DNA from: Chiloscyllium plagiosum
Lineage: Eukaryota
Assembly (NCBI RefSeq): GCF_004010195.1
Contig: NC_057751.1
Coordinates: 11,086,831 to 11,150,830 of the forward strand
Length of the DNA stretch: 64,000 nt
Direction of reading: 5' to 3'
Position numbers and translations under genes: made by a program. Under the pieces are notes generated by a model. It was not told the DNA's origin. It searched no databases and worked only from the letters and a program-made list of their open reading frames with translations. Position 1 is the first letter of the stretch. Every line of letters starts with the position of its first letter. Of this stretch, positions 12,254-37,009 are shown piece by piece.

Positions 12254-13129
12254 GAATAGTCCTTGATGCGGTGGCGTTCAGAAGAATACTTGATCTAACT
12301 GAAACTGAAAAGATTCTGTGAGGATCTGACCAGTTACAGGACTATGCTGGAGCAGTAGACAGTTAGGGGAAGGAATTTGAAGGCTCTCGTGGAGCTGAAA
12401 TATAAAGATAAAGTCATGTATGGATTGACATTGATTAACATTTAAATTTGATGCTTGGTAAGATGTGGACAACAGACTGAGTGGTGAATGGCAGTGTTGC
12501 AAAAAGAGGTTTGTACAAGTTGTCTGTATTGAAAAAAATGTGGAAAGGAGCTTTAGCAGCTGATGGTTGAGGCGGAAATTAAGGCTGGCCATGTTGTGGA
12601 GTTGGAAAGCATCTGTATTTTGGAGGATGTTGTTCAGAATTGAAGCTTGGAATTGAGCACCATACCAAATGTAAGGATTCAGATTCAAGTTAGTGGAGTT
12701 TGTTGGGTGAGGACAAAGCCAATGGCTTCAGTTTTCCATATGTTTGAAATGAGTGGATGGCTGGCAAATGGTTTGAAATCCACACTACCCCACACCTTCA
12801 TCAAACTGTCTTGTACACGGATCCAGTGTTTTTTTTTCAGCATCTGTACGAAAACTGTTGTACATGATGATCCTTGCCAGCATGAAATAGTTTGTTTCCC
12901 AACCTCAAAACAAAAGTGACTGATCATCAATTTTACTTTCTGACTCATTGTTCTTACCAGACAGCAACAAGCAAGACTTTTGGGCCCATCCTGTCTGTCT
13001 ACCAGCTTTTTCCTAAGAATGCATGTCACCCTGTAGTTCATTCCCCTTCATTCTGCAGATATTGTAGCTCGTGTTGGCACCTTGTTCCAAATTTGTCTTT
13101 ATGAGTTAAAACACATTAATGGTACCTTG

Positions 13130-13753
13130 TGTTGTGTGGAAAATCACCAGTCTCAGTGTCAGAATTGGGATTCAACGACAGAGTTTATAGTATAAAGAAA
13201 CCGGAGCTCCGGTAAGAGAAAGATGCTCATCAGCACGGCTGTCAGCTGTGAGCCTCCTCTGACTCTCTGAGCATGTCATGATACTTTATACATTTTGTCG
13301 TACAATAGTTCGATATCGAGTCTTTGTTTGTTCAGCATGGTTTGTTTACAGAAAACATTACAAAATCATTGTCAGTTTCAGTGGTCATGATCATTCTTCC
13401 TGAGAAGGAAAATCGTTTTACATTACTGCAGATCTGAAGTACTAACACTTTTACACAAGCAGTCCCAGGTAGTTAATATTTCTACTGTAGTTGGTGGCTG
13501 GACTCAGACATTTCGGTGGGCAGTAGACATGACTGATGTGTATTCTGTCTTCCACCTGCCTTAAACTAATCACCAATGCTCTGTGTCTGTTGTGTCAGTA
13601 TCCTGTTAGCCTCAGGCAGTATGTGTGTATACTTTTTTCCATGTAATGGCTCAGTGGCCATCTTGTGTGCTAAGTGACCAATTAATTTATGGCTTAGCAG
13701 CCAACTTGTTTCTGTGTCCCGTGTCAGCATGCCCTGTGTCAACTCCCACTTCA
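13130..13753 (-). mobile_element. Candidate solo LTR, antisense in LETM2 intron 1
   Basis: Minus strand begins TGAAG and ends ACAACA; TATA-like TATAAA at about 13285-13290; TATAAA/polyA-like signal at about 13185; flanks CTTG/ATTG match at 3 of 4 positions as a TSD. Confidence 0.45.
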
Positions 13754-15899
13754 ATTGTCATCAATAATGATGTGCTGATATGCTTAAACTAATCCCAATA
13801 ATTGTTAGATGAGCAACTTTTTTATTTTTTAAAATACAACTGAAGTTTGGGAAGACAATTTATCTTGTTTCACAATTCAAGCAATCTTGTTTTGTCAGCT
13901 GTACACATGGCTGAAACCCATGCCAACAATGATTGTAACATTCTTGTGAGCCATATATTTGATAAATTGTATAAGTGAGCTTTGGAAGAACTTTGGACTT
14001 AACTGATTTGCTCAAGTTTAGTCATGGTTTCTTTATCAAGTCATGACAACTTCCTTTTCAGCAAAGTGATAACAGCAGTGAGAATGCACCACCTTGAAAT
14101 TGAGATAGAATGTGTGTAATTCTCACACCTTTGTTTAAAAGTGGCTGCCAACATATTTTTTCAACATGGTGTGGAAATCAAATTATCGTTGAGGAATTCT
14201 TTGTGAAAGGAACAATAGCTTTGAAGTTGCACATAATTTTGAATTCAAGTTTTAGAAGTAAAGTGATGGAGTGACTGAAGTGAGGATTATGATTTTGAAC
14301 CTGTAGCTTTAAAGCTAAAAAAAAATCAATTTTTTTCTTCATCTTTTCCCCATTTTGTTGTTATGTATCATATCATTAGCATGTGTAACCATTAAATGTT
14401 TTCATAACTCAGTTTTACATCTTTATTTGTTTTTTTTTCTGGTTCGCAATTGTTCTAATATGCAGTGTTTCTCTTGCAGATGATTTGATTTGGATTGTAA
14501 TGGCGGAGTTCAGCATCAGCTATTATGTTCCTTGTTATGTGGATATTGTTTACTCTGCTGCACCAAAATATGTGTCATCTGTTGTGGGAAGACAGAATTA
14601 AACCCAGCACAATTCTTGCATTCCATTTTGAACCAGACTACTGTGGCATAATACATGCAAAAGGGAAGGAGAAAAAGTCTGTATCGGCAGCAGCTGGTGA
14701 TTATACCTGGTCTCAGTTTGAGCAACAGTATTGGTTCTCCGGGGTGAGGGAGAGGAATGACAATCAAGTACCTGATGTAGGTCCGTACTGACCCCTGCTG
14801 GCTATGTATAAAATAAGCATTGAGTGAGGAAGCATGTAGACTGAGTAATGACCCCATTCATCATCAACATTCACTGTCTAAACTCAGCACACATTGATAA
14901 CAAGTGCTCTATGACCTGAATGTTAAATCAGGAATTTGGTACAAGTGGGAATTTGGTGGAGAGGGAGAAGCATCAGCCTTTTATTATCTCTGCCATTGTG
15001 GTTTGGTTAGATATTCAGCATTTCTGTAAACAATATATCTCAAAAATGATGATGAATTTCACCAAAACGTGGCATGCAAATAACATATGCACAAAGGAAT
15101 AACGGATTAGTTTTTGGTAAAGGGTCTGGATCCTGGATTTTTCTTAACTTTGTTAGTCAGGGTGAATTGACTTTTATTTTCAAAAATTGTGTGTTGTTTC
15201 ATTTTGAATATTTTAAATGTTTGGACTACCGTAGCTGCATGTCACAGTTCATCACAGCTGTTATAACGGTTTCAGATCTGGTTGACAGATATTGGTTTAT
15301 CTGAAGTCTCCTCAGTGAGGTGAAAGCTCCTCAGCAGAGATTTCTCTTTTTAGTTTTGTAGTTACAGAATTTCAACCCAGCAGGGAAAACCGTAAGTAGG
15401 AACTGTATTATTGTCCTAATACTTAGTTTACACAGTATGTGCTTTACTGAGTGCCCTGTTCACACACTCTTGTTCTCCCTCCAGTAGTTAGTAAGTGTGT
15501 GATTGGGACAAAGTTGTATTACTCTAACTAAATTAATAGCTAATTGACTCTAAATAAATAAGAATATCAAGACTTGGAACATTTTGCTTTCCATCCTTTC
15601 CACTCAACCTACCCCTCACTCACTTTGATGGTTTGCATTGCCAAAAATGATAGTATCCACTGGGCAGCATGAGTGTTCAAATGGTGATAAGTTGACATGC
15701 AAAAACAAAAAATAAGTTAATGATTAATTGGTGGGATAGCCTTTTGTTTGCTATAACACTTCCAGATATTAATAATAAAAAGATCTGGAGGGGTCTCCTT
15801 TGGTGCAGTGGTAGTGTCCCTACCTTGAAGCCAGGATACCATCTCTTGCAGAGGTGTATACCAACATTGGTGAATAAGTGCATTAGAAAATCTTCCCAG

Positions 15900-16775
15900 G
15901 ACTGGTCATGTCCCATGACAGTAGTGTGTGAAAATCTGTGAAATTCATGGCAATACAGACAACTGTATCTACAGCAACTGACTGCAGCTTGAGCAACTGA
16001 GGCTCAGAATTGTTGAGCTTGAGTGTCAGTTTTATACACTGCAGAACATCAGGGAGAGGAAGCATGACATGGACATTCTATTCCAGGAGGTATTTGAGTT
16101 AACCAAATGTCAGGGATGGAAGAGTGTGACAGTGAATCAGGGAACAATGGGTATCCATTGAGTCATAATGGAGGAGTCTCAACAACAGATTGTTCCCAAA
16201 AGGTTTGAGGTTCTTGCTAACTTTTCCAGATGAGAACATGGACTGCAAGGTGAATGAGCAAACAGACCGTTTGTGGGCAAGCAGAAAGCAACGTGCAGTG
16301 ACCATCAACAGTATATCAGGGGAATAAACACCATTCTGCACAGGAGAATGCAGAAGCTCCAAAGGTTTGGTGCTTGGCCAATGTTAAAGTTTAGGATATC
16401 TCCTTGTGACTGGAGATTCAAGTGGAATGGGGGCGATGAGGATTCAGTTGTCAGGATCCATATTGAACCAAGGTAAGAGGTAGAATTGGAAATAATTTTA
16501 AATGTGCCAGTCCAAATTAAAATGCACAAGCTCAGTGGTAGTAATCCCTTACTGTTACTTGAGCCAGGCACCAATTGGCATTGTATGAAGCCGATTCGAA
16601 AAATAAATGCATGGCTGAAAGAATGGCATAGGCACTTGAATTCATTCTACTCGAGCATAAGCACTTGAGAAAATAGGAACTACTTTGTTGGAATTTATTC
16701 CACTTAAACTGGGCTCGGATCGCTGTTCCAGTGAATTATAACTTGGACCATGGATGAAGTTTTAAACTAACTCAG
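15900..16775 (+). mobile_element. Decayed CR1 ORF1 (SGNH esterase-type) remnant
   Basis: Remnants DSVVRIHIEP and IRKINAWLKEW resemble the CR1 ORF1 esterase region. Confidence 0.55.
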
Positions 16776-17667
16776 GTGAGGGGAGGGTTCAGACAACAGT
16801 GTACCAATGTTGTAATGCCAAGCAAAGTAAGAAAGCATCAAGAGTTTATCACCCGAGAAATTGAGTTATCTGTGACGTTCTTGAATATACAACCTTCTTT
16901 CATTTCTCCATTTGTTCCGGCTGTGCTTTCTTGACAGAGAAACAAAATTCTTGATACAAAATGTTCCTGCTTTATGCTCAATGTTTGCTGTCTTTTTTAT
17001 GTCACAGCAGTTTTTAACTTTAAGGTTATTAACTGATTCCAGGAGTTCCAAAATATCCATTTAACATTGTGTTTTGCTTTGTTCTTATTTGCCACAGACT
17101 TCCAGTTCTGTGGTCTTCATGGACAAAGACCTTTCCCTCAGTGCACCTGCTTAGAAATTCCTTTTCTAACCTCACAGTTAGATTTAAGCTGCTCCACTGT
17201 GAAACCCAGCCTGCATCCCCGCCTACCCTGTGACCCACTTCTCTCCAGTTCTCCTGTCCATTCTCTGTTGTTAGCTTTGAAGTCCCTGTTTTATGTTAAG
17301 ACCATTTTAGCTCTTGCTCCCTTTCTGATGCCTGAAGTGCTTGTCCCATCTAGTGACAGAAGCTGGTGGTGCACATAGTCCATGGCTTTGGCAGCCTACA
17401 TTGACCAATATCTGTCACTAGATGGAGCTGATTCAATCTGAAATTAAATAGGTAATTTTCAACAGTTATTTACAATGTTTTCATTTATATTGCGTTTCTT
17501 AAAAGGCAAATTTTTAAAGACTTGTTTTCATTCTTCATGTTCGCTGTTAGAAACATACAGCATTTCAATGCCAAGTTTAAGGCTTTTTGCAGAGAAAATT
17601 GCTGTACACTTGTTTTGTGTATTTGGTGATTTGTTTAATTTTGCAAGTTATTTCATATGTGAATAAA

Positions 17668-19230
17668 AAACAAAGAACAGTACAGTATAGGAACAGGCCC
17701 TTCAGCCCTCCAAGCCTGTGCCGACACATTTTGTCCTTCTATACCAAAAGTGTCTTTACTTAGAGGATCTGAATTCCTCTCTGCCCTTCCTATTCATATA
17801 TTTCTCCAGGTGCTCCTTGCATGCTGCTCTTGTGTCTGCTTCCACCCCCTCCTCTAGCAGCACATTCCAGACACTTACCAACTTTTGTGTGAAAAATGTG
17901 CTTTGCACTTCTCTTTTAAACTTCACCCCTCACACCTTGAACTTGTGCCCCCTGATAATTGACCTGTCCATCTTGGGGAAAAGCCTCATACTTTCCGCTG
18001 TATCCATGCTATTCACAATCATAAAAACATCTATGAGATTGCCCCTTAACCTCCTGCATTCCAGTGAAAACAAACCCAGTCTATCCAACCTTTTGTCAAT
18101 GCTAAGATCCCCCCATACCAGGCAACATCTTGGTAAATCTTTTCTGTACCCTCTCCAAAGCATCTACATCCTTCTGTTCATGTGGTGACCAGAACTGTTC
18201 GCAATATTCCAAGTGTGCCCTAACTATAGTTCTATAAAAACTGCAACATAACTTGTTGAACTTATTCAACGCCCCTTTCAAAGAAGGCATGCATGCCATT
18301 AGCATTTTTACTACCTTATCTTCCTGCACTGTCACCTTCAGTCGTCTGTGGACCTGCATACCCAGATCCGTCTGCATATCAGTACTCCGAAGGGTTCTGT
18401 CATTCACTGTATAATTTCAACCCGCACTTCACCTTCCAAAATGCATCACCTCACATTTGTCTCCAACTGATTAAACTCCAACTGATCTGTATGGTTTGAC
18501 AATCCTCACAATACATAACTCCACCAATCATTGTATCATCTGCAAACTTAATAATTAGACTTAATAATTTTCATCCAAATCATTTCTGTATATCATGAAC
18601 AACAGAGGTCCCAGCACTGATCCCTGTGGAACACCACTTGTCACAGCCCTTCATTCTGAAAAGCATCCTATACCCATACCCTCTGTCTCCTATGACTAAG
18701 CCAGTTCTGTATCGATGTTGCCAGCTCACCCCAATAACACCTTTTAGACTAGTTTGCCATGAGGGACCTTGTCAAAGGACTTACTGAAGTCCACGAAGAC
18801 AACATCACTGCTTTTCCTTCATCAATCATCTTCAACACCTCCTCAAAAAACTTGATCAAGTTAGTGATGCACGACCTCCCCTGCACAAAACCATGCTGTC
18901 TATCACTACTAAGTCCATTGCTTCTAAATGCGTATAGATCTTGTCCCTGAGAAACTTTTTCAATAACTTCCCTATCACCGACATGAGACTCACATGCCTG
19001 TAATTTCCTGGATTATCCCTGCTACCCTTCTTAAACAATGGGACAACATTGGCTATTCTACAGTCCTCTGGGACCTCATGTGTAGCCAAAGAAAATACAA
19101 AGATGTCTGTCAATGCTCCAGCAATTTGTTCTCTTGCCTCACTCAACATTCTGGGATAGATCCTCTAAGGACCCGGGGACCTATCTACCCTATACTTCTT
19201 AAGACACACAACACCTCTTCCTTTTGAAGG
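17668..19230 (-). mobile_element. CR1 LINE RT fragment
   Basis: ANVVPLFKKGSRDNPGNYRHVSL, RAHLEYCEQFWSP and LGLFSLECRRLRGNLI motifs; 3' tail at 17668. Confidence 0.9.
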
Positions 19231-19467
19231 AACTTGGCTTAGAAACGTGACCCTCCCTTCCCTGAGAAATATGTAATCCTACACATTTACACTCTAGTAT
19301 TTCAACCTATGCATTATTTGCAACATTTAAGGTGGCTGAGTAAGCAACTGAACAGCAGGGGTCCCAGCTTTTGCCTGTTTCCTTGTTTTCTTTCTTCTTG
19401 TACTTACCTCCTGTGAAGAGCTCGGTTGCAGCAAGCCCAGCGCAGACTCATGACAGGAGATTCCACT

Positions 19468-19984
19468 AAGATGGCGGCAGAGGAGTTGGCAGAGAGGTAA
19501 GCTTGGGACCCAGTATCGGCATCGACGGTTGCTATGTCAGTGGAGGCAAAGTCAGTGATGTAGGCCCAGTGGTGAAAGATGGTACCTGAGGATCAGCAAC
19601 TACAACATTGGTTGTGTTTAGCACTGGCATTGGCGGAATGGACATCATGGCGATGTTGGCGGAGATGGCAGCATCTGCGGGGTGTCTGAATTAGAGATGT
19701 TGGGCTTCAGCTGCTGTAATGCAGTAGGCCCGATTGGGTACTGCTGGAATGGACTGTGATGCTAGGGCAATGCCCGGAACCCGAAGTGGCGAACCCCACC
19801 CCCACCCGGTTCTTCTGTGGAACACAAGAAGGAAGATGACTGTTTTTAACTTATACTTAAGTCCTATTTTTAATTTCAATTTTGTATCTGAATATCTTCT
19901 GAAAGTCAAAATGGTGCTGGATCATATTGTATTTTTAACAAAAAAAAAGTGAAAAATGTAAGTGACAATAAATCATTCATTCAA
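19468..19984 (+). mobile_element. Candidate non-autonomous element with a Rex1-like 3' end
   Basis: Starts AAGATGGCGGC, has a GC-richer body, and ends TGACAATAAA(TCAT)n like the Rex1 tail TGACAATAAG(TTCAA)n at 4219-4246. Confidence 0.4.
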
Positions 19985-20681
19985 TTTTCTGGGCAGAAAA
20001 AAATATCCACAAGAACATAATTCTCGTTGGTATTATATGATGTTCAGGAATTCAACCTTAAACTTTACATGGGAACTTAGTCTATATCCCTGATGGATAG
20101 ATTTTGAGCAATGCTTTACATTTTGAGGTGACATATTTTAACGTATTGCCAACAATTTCTGTGTGAATGGAATCTTTGCACAAGAATTGTGTTGATGATC
20201 TGAGCCAGCAAGAAATGTATATTCTATTTATTGACCAAGTGCTAACAGAAAATTATTTTTAAAATTTATGATGTTTTCCATTTGAAAACAGAATTATCGC
20301 TGAAATGCTTCTGCATTTTCTGTTCTTATGACATTTTCTGCCAAATCCCTGTTCTCATCCTGAAGCTATTAACTCCATCCTTAGCACTGTTCAGTGCTTG
20401 TTCTCATACAGGTCATGGCTGGACGATAATCAGGAATACCCAATAGCCAAGTTTCCTCTGCTTACCATCACAATGATCAAAGTCTTGCTAGCTTCGCTGT
20501 TGTGAACCAGCAATTGATCCAAGTTCATTCCTGACTATGGTTTCAAAATCATGAACTACCATCTGATTTGTTGAATTTAACACTGCCTCAATGACGTGTA
20601 TTGTCAAGATGTTAATTTTTGTAAATAGCTGCATTACTGTACTCTTATCATTTAGGAATACATGCTGTACTTACTGAGGAA

Positions 20682-32015
<11,334 letters not shown>

Positions 32016-32605
32016 ACAAAGTCAGAAAAACTGGAGAAAGGGACGACCTCCTCATGCCAGAGTATTTGTCATCTCAGTTGATCCATATTAGGACAACTCC
32101 ACCAAATGGACACTTTTGAGGACTTTTGATACTATTGTCGCTGTTGATGCTTCTATAATGTACTGAGGGTGCAAACACTTTGCAGATGGCTTGGTAATAA
32201 GCACACAAAAGCTGCAACCAAAGAGCACACATTTGAACAAGGAAAGGTAATGTGATTAAGACAAGATTCTATATGTAGACTACAGGTTTGTCTTATTTGC
32301 TGCAGGACAGTGATGCTGGGGTGTAACTAGGGAAAGCTTCTTCTTCAATGCACAGTCACACCCTGTGCAAAACAGTGTGAATATTTTGCAATATAGTTAT
32401 GGCACTAGTACAGGGAAAAACACAAACCTGCACAGACAGTGCAGCTTCGTGTTGATTTTTTCCTGTGATCTCTGATGTGATTATATTTATAGCAGTAATA
32501 GCAGATACCAACCAAAGTGATCAGCACAGGACCACACTAACTGTACACTGGTGTATCCCACCATGGCACGTGGCATGATCGAGGTGCTGATAAAATACTG
32601 ACAAG

Positions 32606-32611
32606 AATAAA
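32606..32611 (+). terminator. Candidate LETM2 polyadenylation signal AATAAA (others at 33307 and 33514)
   Basis: First AATAAA downstream of the LETM2 stop codon, in repeat-free 3' UTR-like sequence. Confidence 0.45.
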
Positions 32612-34204
32612 ACCAACTGGGACTATACAGGAGCTTTATGCTGAGACTAAAAAGATAACACTTTTAACTTAATTACCTGGTGTTTGTTGATATTTGAACA
32701 AAGCACAGCACATGTCATTTCTTCACCCTTGCAGAAGTCCACAGTTTTCTTAATCCACCACTGAAGACATCACCATATTTTATAACACTGCCTATCATGT
32801 TTTAAATCAGTTGCTCTCGTTTTGTGACTTTCCCAAGCAGCACAAACATCTGCTTCCCCCCTTCCAGATGCTGTTGGGTGCAGAGAGAATTGGCCCTGGA
32901 GTAATCCAAGCAACTGTTTATTCCCCATGCTCCGATGACGACAAAGAGAAAAGGACAAACATCTTTAAGAAAATGCCAACATATTGTTGTGGTCTTTTGA
33001 AAGATGTGCAATTGAAATGGGTGGACTCAAACCTATTCAGCTGCAACACTGGAGATCCAAAGGTCCATGGAGAAACTGAGCATCCTTCCATCACAGAGTG
33101 AAGATGAAGCATCGGACACTCAGCTTTTGGAGGGGTCAACTCGATTAGTTATTTTGTTCATGCCTTTCGTTATGTCAATGATCAGAATTGCAGTTCTCAA
33201 ATGCAATCACGCAGTCACTGAAGATAGTGAAACAAATTTCTATCAATACCTAAACTTACTGTTTGAATTCTGGCCATTTATTCTTGTTTCCATGTCTTTT
33301 CAAAAAAATAAAATGGTGACCTGATTACTGCTGAGTCACATGGTCAGCACATAATGTCATCTGGTGAAATCTGGCAAAAAGACATTAAAATCTTTAGAAT
33401 AATCCATTCCACTGTCTTCCGAAGCAGACAAAAAAAAAATGAAGAAATATTGTTAGTCCACCATGAGGTCCTGAGCTGGAACAACCTTCAGTGAATGGCA
33501 TTCTGTAGAATACAATAAAAGCAGTCAATGGCTTTCAGCACAGATGACCCAAAATTAAAGTTGGAACCCCATCCTGAAGTCAGAGCCTTTGTGCTTGGTT
33601 AGCTGTTGGTCAGACAGAGAGAACTATCAAATATCCACAAGGGTGAAGGACACAGAAACAGGTTCTGTTTACACATCACCTGAATCACAACTTCATCTCT
33701 GACCATTTAAAAACTATCTCAGCTCCAAAAGCAGGACGAGAAAGAATATTATAACATAATGCCTGAAACCTGACCACCTCTGACCATTTAAACAGACGTA
33801 GGTTGCCGACTCCTTGACAACTGTGCTGCCAGAGGTCAAGAATTATGGGTTGTCAGCAGGAAGATGGAGATTCAACCACAGTACAATGATCATGATCTGA
33901 CTGAATAGTGGAGCAGGCCCGATAAACTAAAATGGCCAAACCTTGCTCCAAAGTCCCATAATCTTGTTTTCCTATGTAAGGAGAACGGTCAGTCACTGCA
34001 CATTTGTTTTCAAGATCCAGGTAAACCTAATGACTGAAAGGAGGAGATGACAGAGCTAAAGACAAAGGGAAATTTCTTCAGCTTTTTGGAAGGCCCCACA
34101 GGAATATTTCAGATTAATTTCCTACACTGTCTCACCATCCCCACCACCAAATGTCTTTCGTAAAGGCCATCCTGGGCCTGGGAGCAGAACCCATCCCCAT
34201 ATCA

Positions 34205-34403
34205 CTAGGAAAGCACAGCAGGTCAGGCAACATCCGAGGTGCAGAAGAATCGAAGTTTCGGGCATAAACCCGAATGAATCCCGAGGAAGGGCTTATGCCC
34301 GAAAAGTCAATTCTACTGCTCCTTGGATGCTGCCTGATCTGTTGTGCTTTCTCAGCAACACACTGTCGACTCTGATCTCCAACATCTGCCGTCCTCACTT
34401 TCT
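34205..34403. mobile_element. Older inverted Penelope terminal-repeat pair (family A)
   Basis: TSD CCCATATCA at 34196-34204 and 34404-34412; two degenerate hammerhead cores back to back at about 34250-34310. Confidence 0.8.
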
Positions 34404-34594
34404 CCCATATCATCAGGATCAAGTTCAAACTCTGAGGGCCCCTTGTAAGAATTGGAAGCTGACTCCTCGGCAAGAATCTACAGGGCAAAAATCAGGTAGG
34501 TAAAAACAATGAGGTAAAAACAATGACTGCAGATGCTGGAAACCAGATTCTGGATTAGTGGTGCTGGAAGAGGCAGCATCCAAGGAGCAGCGAA

Positions 34595-34631
34595 ATCGAC
34601 GTTTCGGGCAAAAGCCCTTCATCAGGAATAA
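34595..34631 (-). ncRNA. Minimal hammerhead ribozyme motif, family A (intact CUGAUGA core)
   Basis: Minus strand reads auuc-CUGAUGA-A-GGGC(uuuu)GCCC-GAAA-CGUC-gauu; stem III is the palindrome ACGU; cleavage triplet GUC. Confidence 0.8.
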
Positions 34632-34697
34632 AGGCAGTGAGCCTGGAGCGTGGAGAGATAAGCTAGAGGAGGGTGGGGGTGGGGAGAAAGTAGCATA

Positions 34698-35665
34698 NNN
34701 NNNNNNNNNNNNNNNNNNNNNNNNNNNNNNNNNNNNNNNNNNNNNNNNNNNNNNNNNNNNNNNNNNNNNNNNNNNNNNNNNNNNNNNNNNNNNNNNNNNN
34801 NNNNNNNNNNNNNNNNNNNNNNNNNNNNNNNNNNNNNNNNNNNNNNNNNNNNNNNNNNNNNNNNNNNNNNNNNNNNNNNNNNNNNNNNNNNNNNNNNNNN
34901 NNNNNNNNNNNNNNNNNNNNNNNNNNNNNNNNNNNNNNNNNNNNNNNNNNNNNNNNNNNNNNNNNNNNNNNNNNNNNNNNNNNNNNNNNNNNNNNNNNNN
35001 NNNNNNNNNNNNNNNNNNNNNNNNNNNNNNNNNNNNNNNNNNNNNNNNNNNNNNNNNNNNNNNNNNNNNNNNNNNNNNNNNNNNNNNNNNNNNNNNNNNN
35101 NNNNNNNNNNNNNNNNNNNNNNNNNNNNNNNNNNNNNNNNNNNNNNNNNNNNNNNNNNNNNNNNNNNNNNNNNNNNNNNNNNNNNNNNNNNNNNNNNNNN
35201 NNNNNNNNNNNNNNNNNNNNNNNNNNNNNNNNNNNNNNNNNNNNNNNNNNNNNNNNNNNNNNNNNNNNNNNNNNNNNNNNNNNNNNNNNNNNNNNNNNNN
35301 NNNNNNNNNNNNNNNNNNNNNNNNNNNNNNNNNNNNNNNNNNNNNNNNNNNNNNNNNNNNNNNNNNNNNNNNNNNNNNNNNNNNNNNNNNNNNNNNNNNN
35401 NNNNNNNNNNNNNNNNNNNNNNNNNNNNNNNNNNNNNNNNNNNNNNNNNNNNNNNNNNNNNNNNNNNNNNNNNNNNNNNNNNNNNNNNNNNNNNNNNNNN
35501 NNNNNNNNNNNNNNNNNNNNNNNNNNNNNNNNNNNNNNNNNNNNNNNNNNNNNNNNNNNNNNNNNNNNNNNNNNNNNNNNNNNNNNNNNNNNNNNNNNNN
35601 NNNNNNNNNNNNNNNNNNNNNNNNNNNNNNNNNNNNNNNNNNNNNNNNNNNNNNNNNNNNNNNNN
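34698..35665. other. Assembly gap (968 N)
   Basis: Run of N inside a Penelope-like element. Confidence 1.
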
Positions 35666-37009
35666 TGGGGTCATGGTCGAGGGGGCAGTAGGAAGAGGTG
35701 TCCTCGAGTTGACGTTTGGCTTCAGCGGTGTAGAGGTCAGTGCGCCAGACCACCACTGCGCCCCCTTTATCCGCTGGCTTGATGGTGAGATCAGGATTGG
35801 AGCAGAGGGATTGGAGGGCTGCGTGTTGTGAGGGTGAGAGGTTGGAGTGGGGGAGGGAGGTAGACAGGTTGAGGTGGTTAATGTTCCGGCGGCAGTTGGA
35901 AATGAAGAGGTCGAGGGCAGGTAATATGCCAGCGCGGGTGTCCAGCATCAGTGCCACTGCAGAATCAACACTCTGCAGCACACTGGGGGACCTAAACTTA
36001 CTGGTTTCTCAATTTAAAAAAAACTTCAGCTGCCATCTCTCTGTTTCAGCTTTCATGCCATAAAGTTGTCATGATTTAAAACGCTAATTTTAGACCCACT
36101 CTTCCACTGTCCAAACTGGATGAAAAAATTGCTGCTTCCGAGATGTCATTAATTAATACCGGCACAATATATTACTAAATCTTGGATAACCTACTTTCTA
36201 GTTGCTTCCATACCATGTTGATATAAGAAATTCTCACACAAGCATTCCAAGAAATCTGCACTCAGGCTTCCTTTCCCAATTGATTTTTTTCCAATTTTGA
36301 AAGGTTAAAATCATCCGTGAATTGTTGCTGTCCCTTTTTCACAAGCACCCATTAATAATTCTTATTTATTTTGAAATACATTGTGGTTACTGTTAGGGGA
36401 CCTATAAACAATTCCTATTAATGACTTCTATTACAACCCCAGCTAATGTTACTACTGGACAAGTGAGAGCTTCGAATGAAATCTGGCTTAATCAATCATA
36501 TTTTGGTTTTCTTTCACTTTAATTTGGCGGTCTTTCATTGAAACCTAAGCACATCAGGTTCCAGATGTGGTTGAAACAAACAAAAGTTTATTAAGCACGT
36601 TAAAAACAAACAAACAAAACAAGCAATCCAAATACAGTCATTTGAAAGATTGCAAAGCACTCAGCAAATAAAATCTCATGTACTATCCAGCATAATCATT
36701 TCACGTGTATCCAAAATGTGGCACAATTTTAGGTTTTGACTGAATTGTTTCTTCTCCATCCTTGTCCTGTGAGTTGTGAGGCCATTCCTTTGACACAACT
36801 GACAGGTTAGACTTCTTCAGTATTTTAATGATCCTCAAAACTGTAACCGATTCTTCCTGATCTGGAAATTTTAAAAACTCTCCTCCAACACCGTGCTAAC
36901 TTACTTTAACTGCTGTGAAGAATTTCCTTTCTTACAAGAGACCATACTTGCTTCTGACTCCATTTAGGTTCCTTCAAGTTGAATTTTGCTCATCCTTGAG
37001 TCTGCTATG

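Larger units (their letters stand above)
34499..35945 (-). mobile_element. Penelope-like retroelement (5'-truncated, spans the gap)
   Basis: The minus frame at 35666-35945 encodes NLSPSQHAALQSLCSNPDLTIKPADKGGAVVVW, with the DKG motif of PLE reverse transcriptases. The 3' terminal repeat at 34499-34697 carries a hammerhead core and a tandem GGTAAAAACAATGA tail. Confidence 0.9.

Noticed and set aside
14525..14791. 88-aa ORF with a hydrophobic N-terminus resembling a secreted peptide
   Set aside because: No recognisable homology or supporting gene structure; length is within chance expectation.
34425..35981. Long ORFs of 350-518 aa in the ORF track
   Set aside because: Artefacts of translating the 968-N gap; only 35666-35945 is real Penelope RT sequence.
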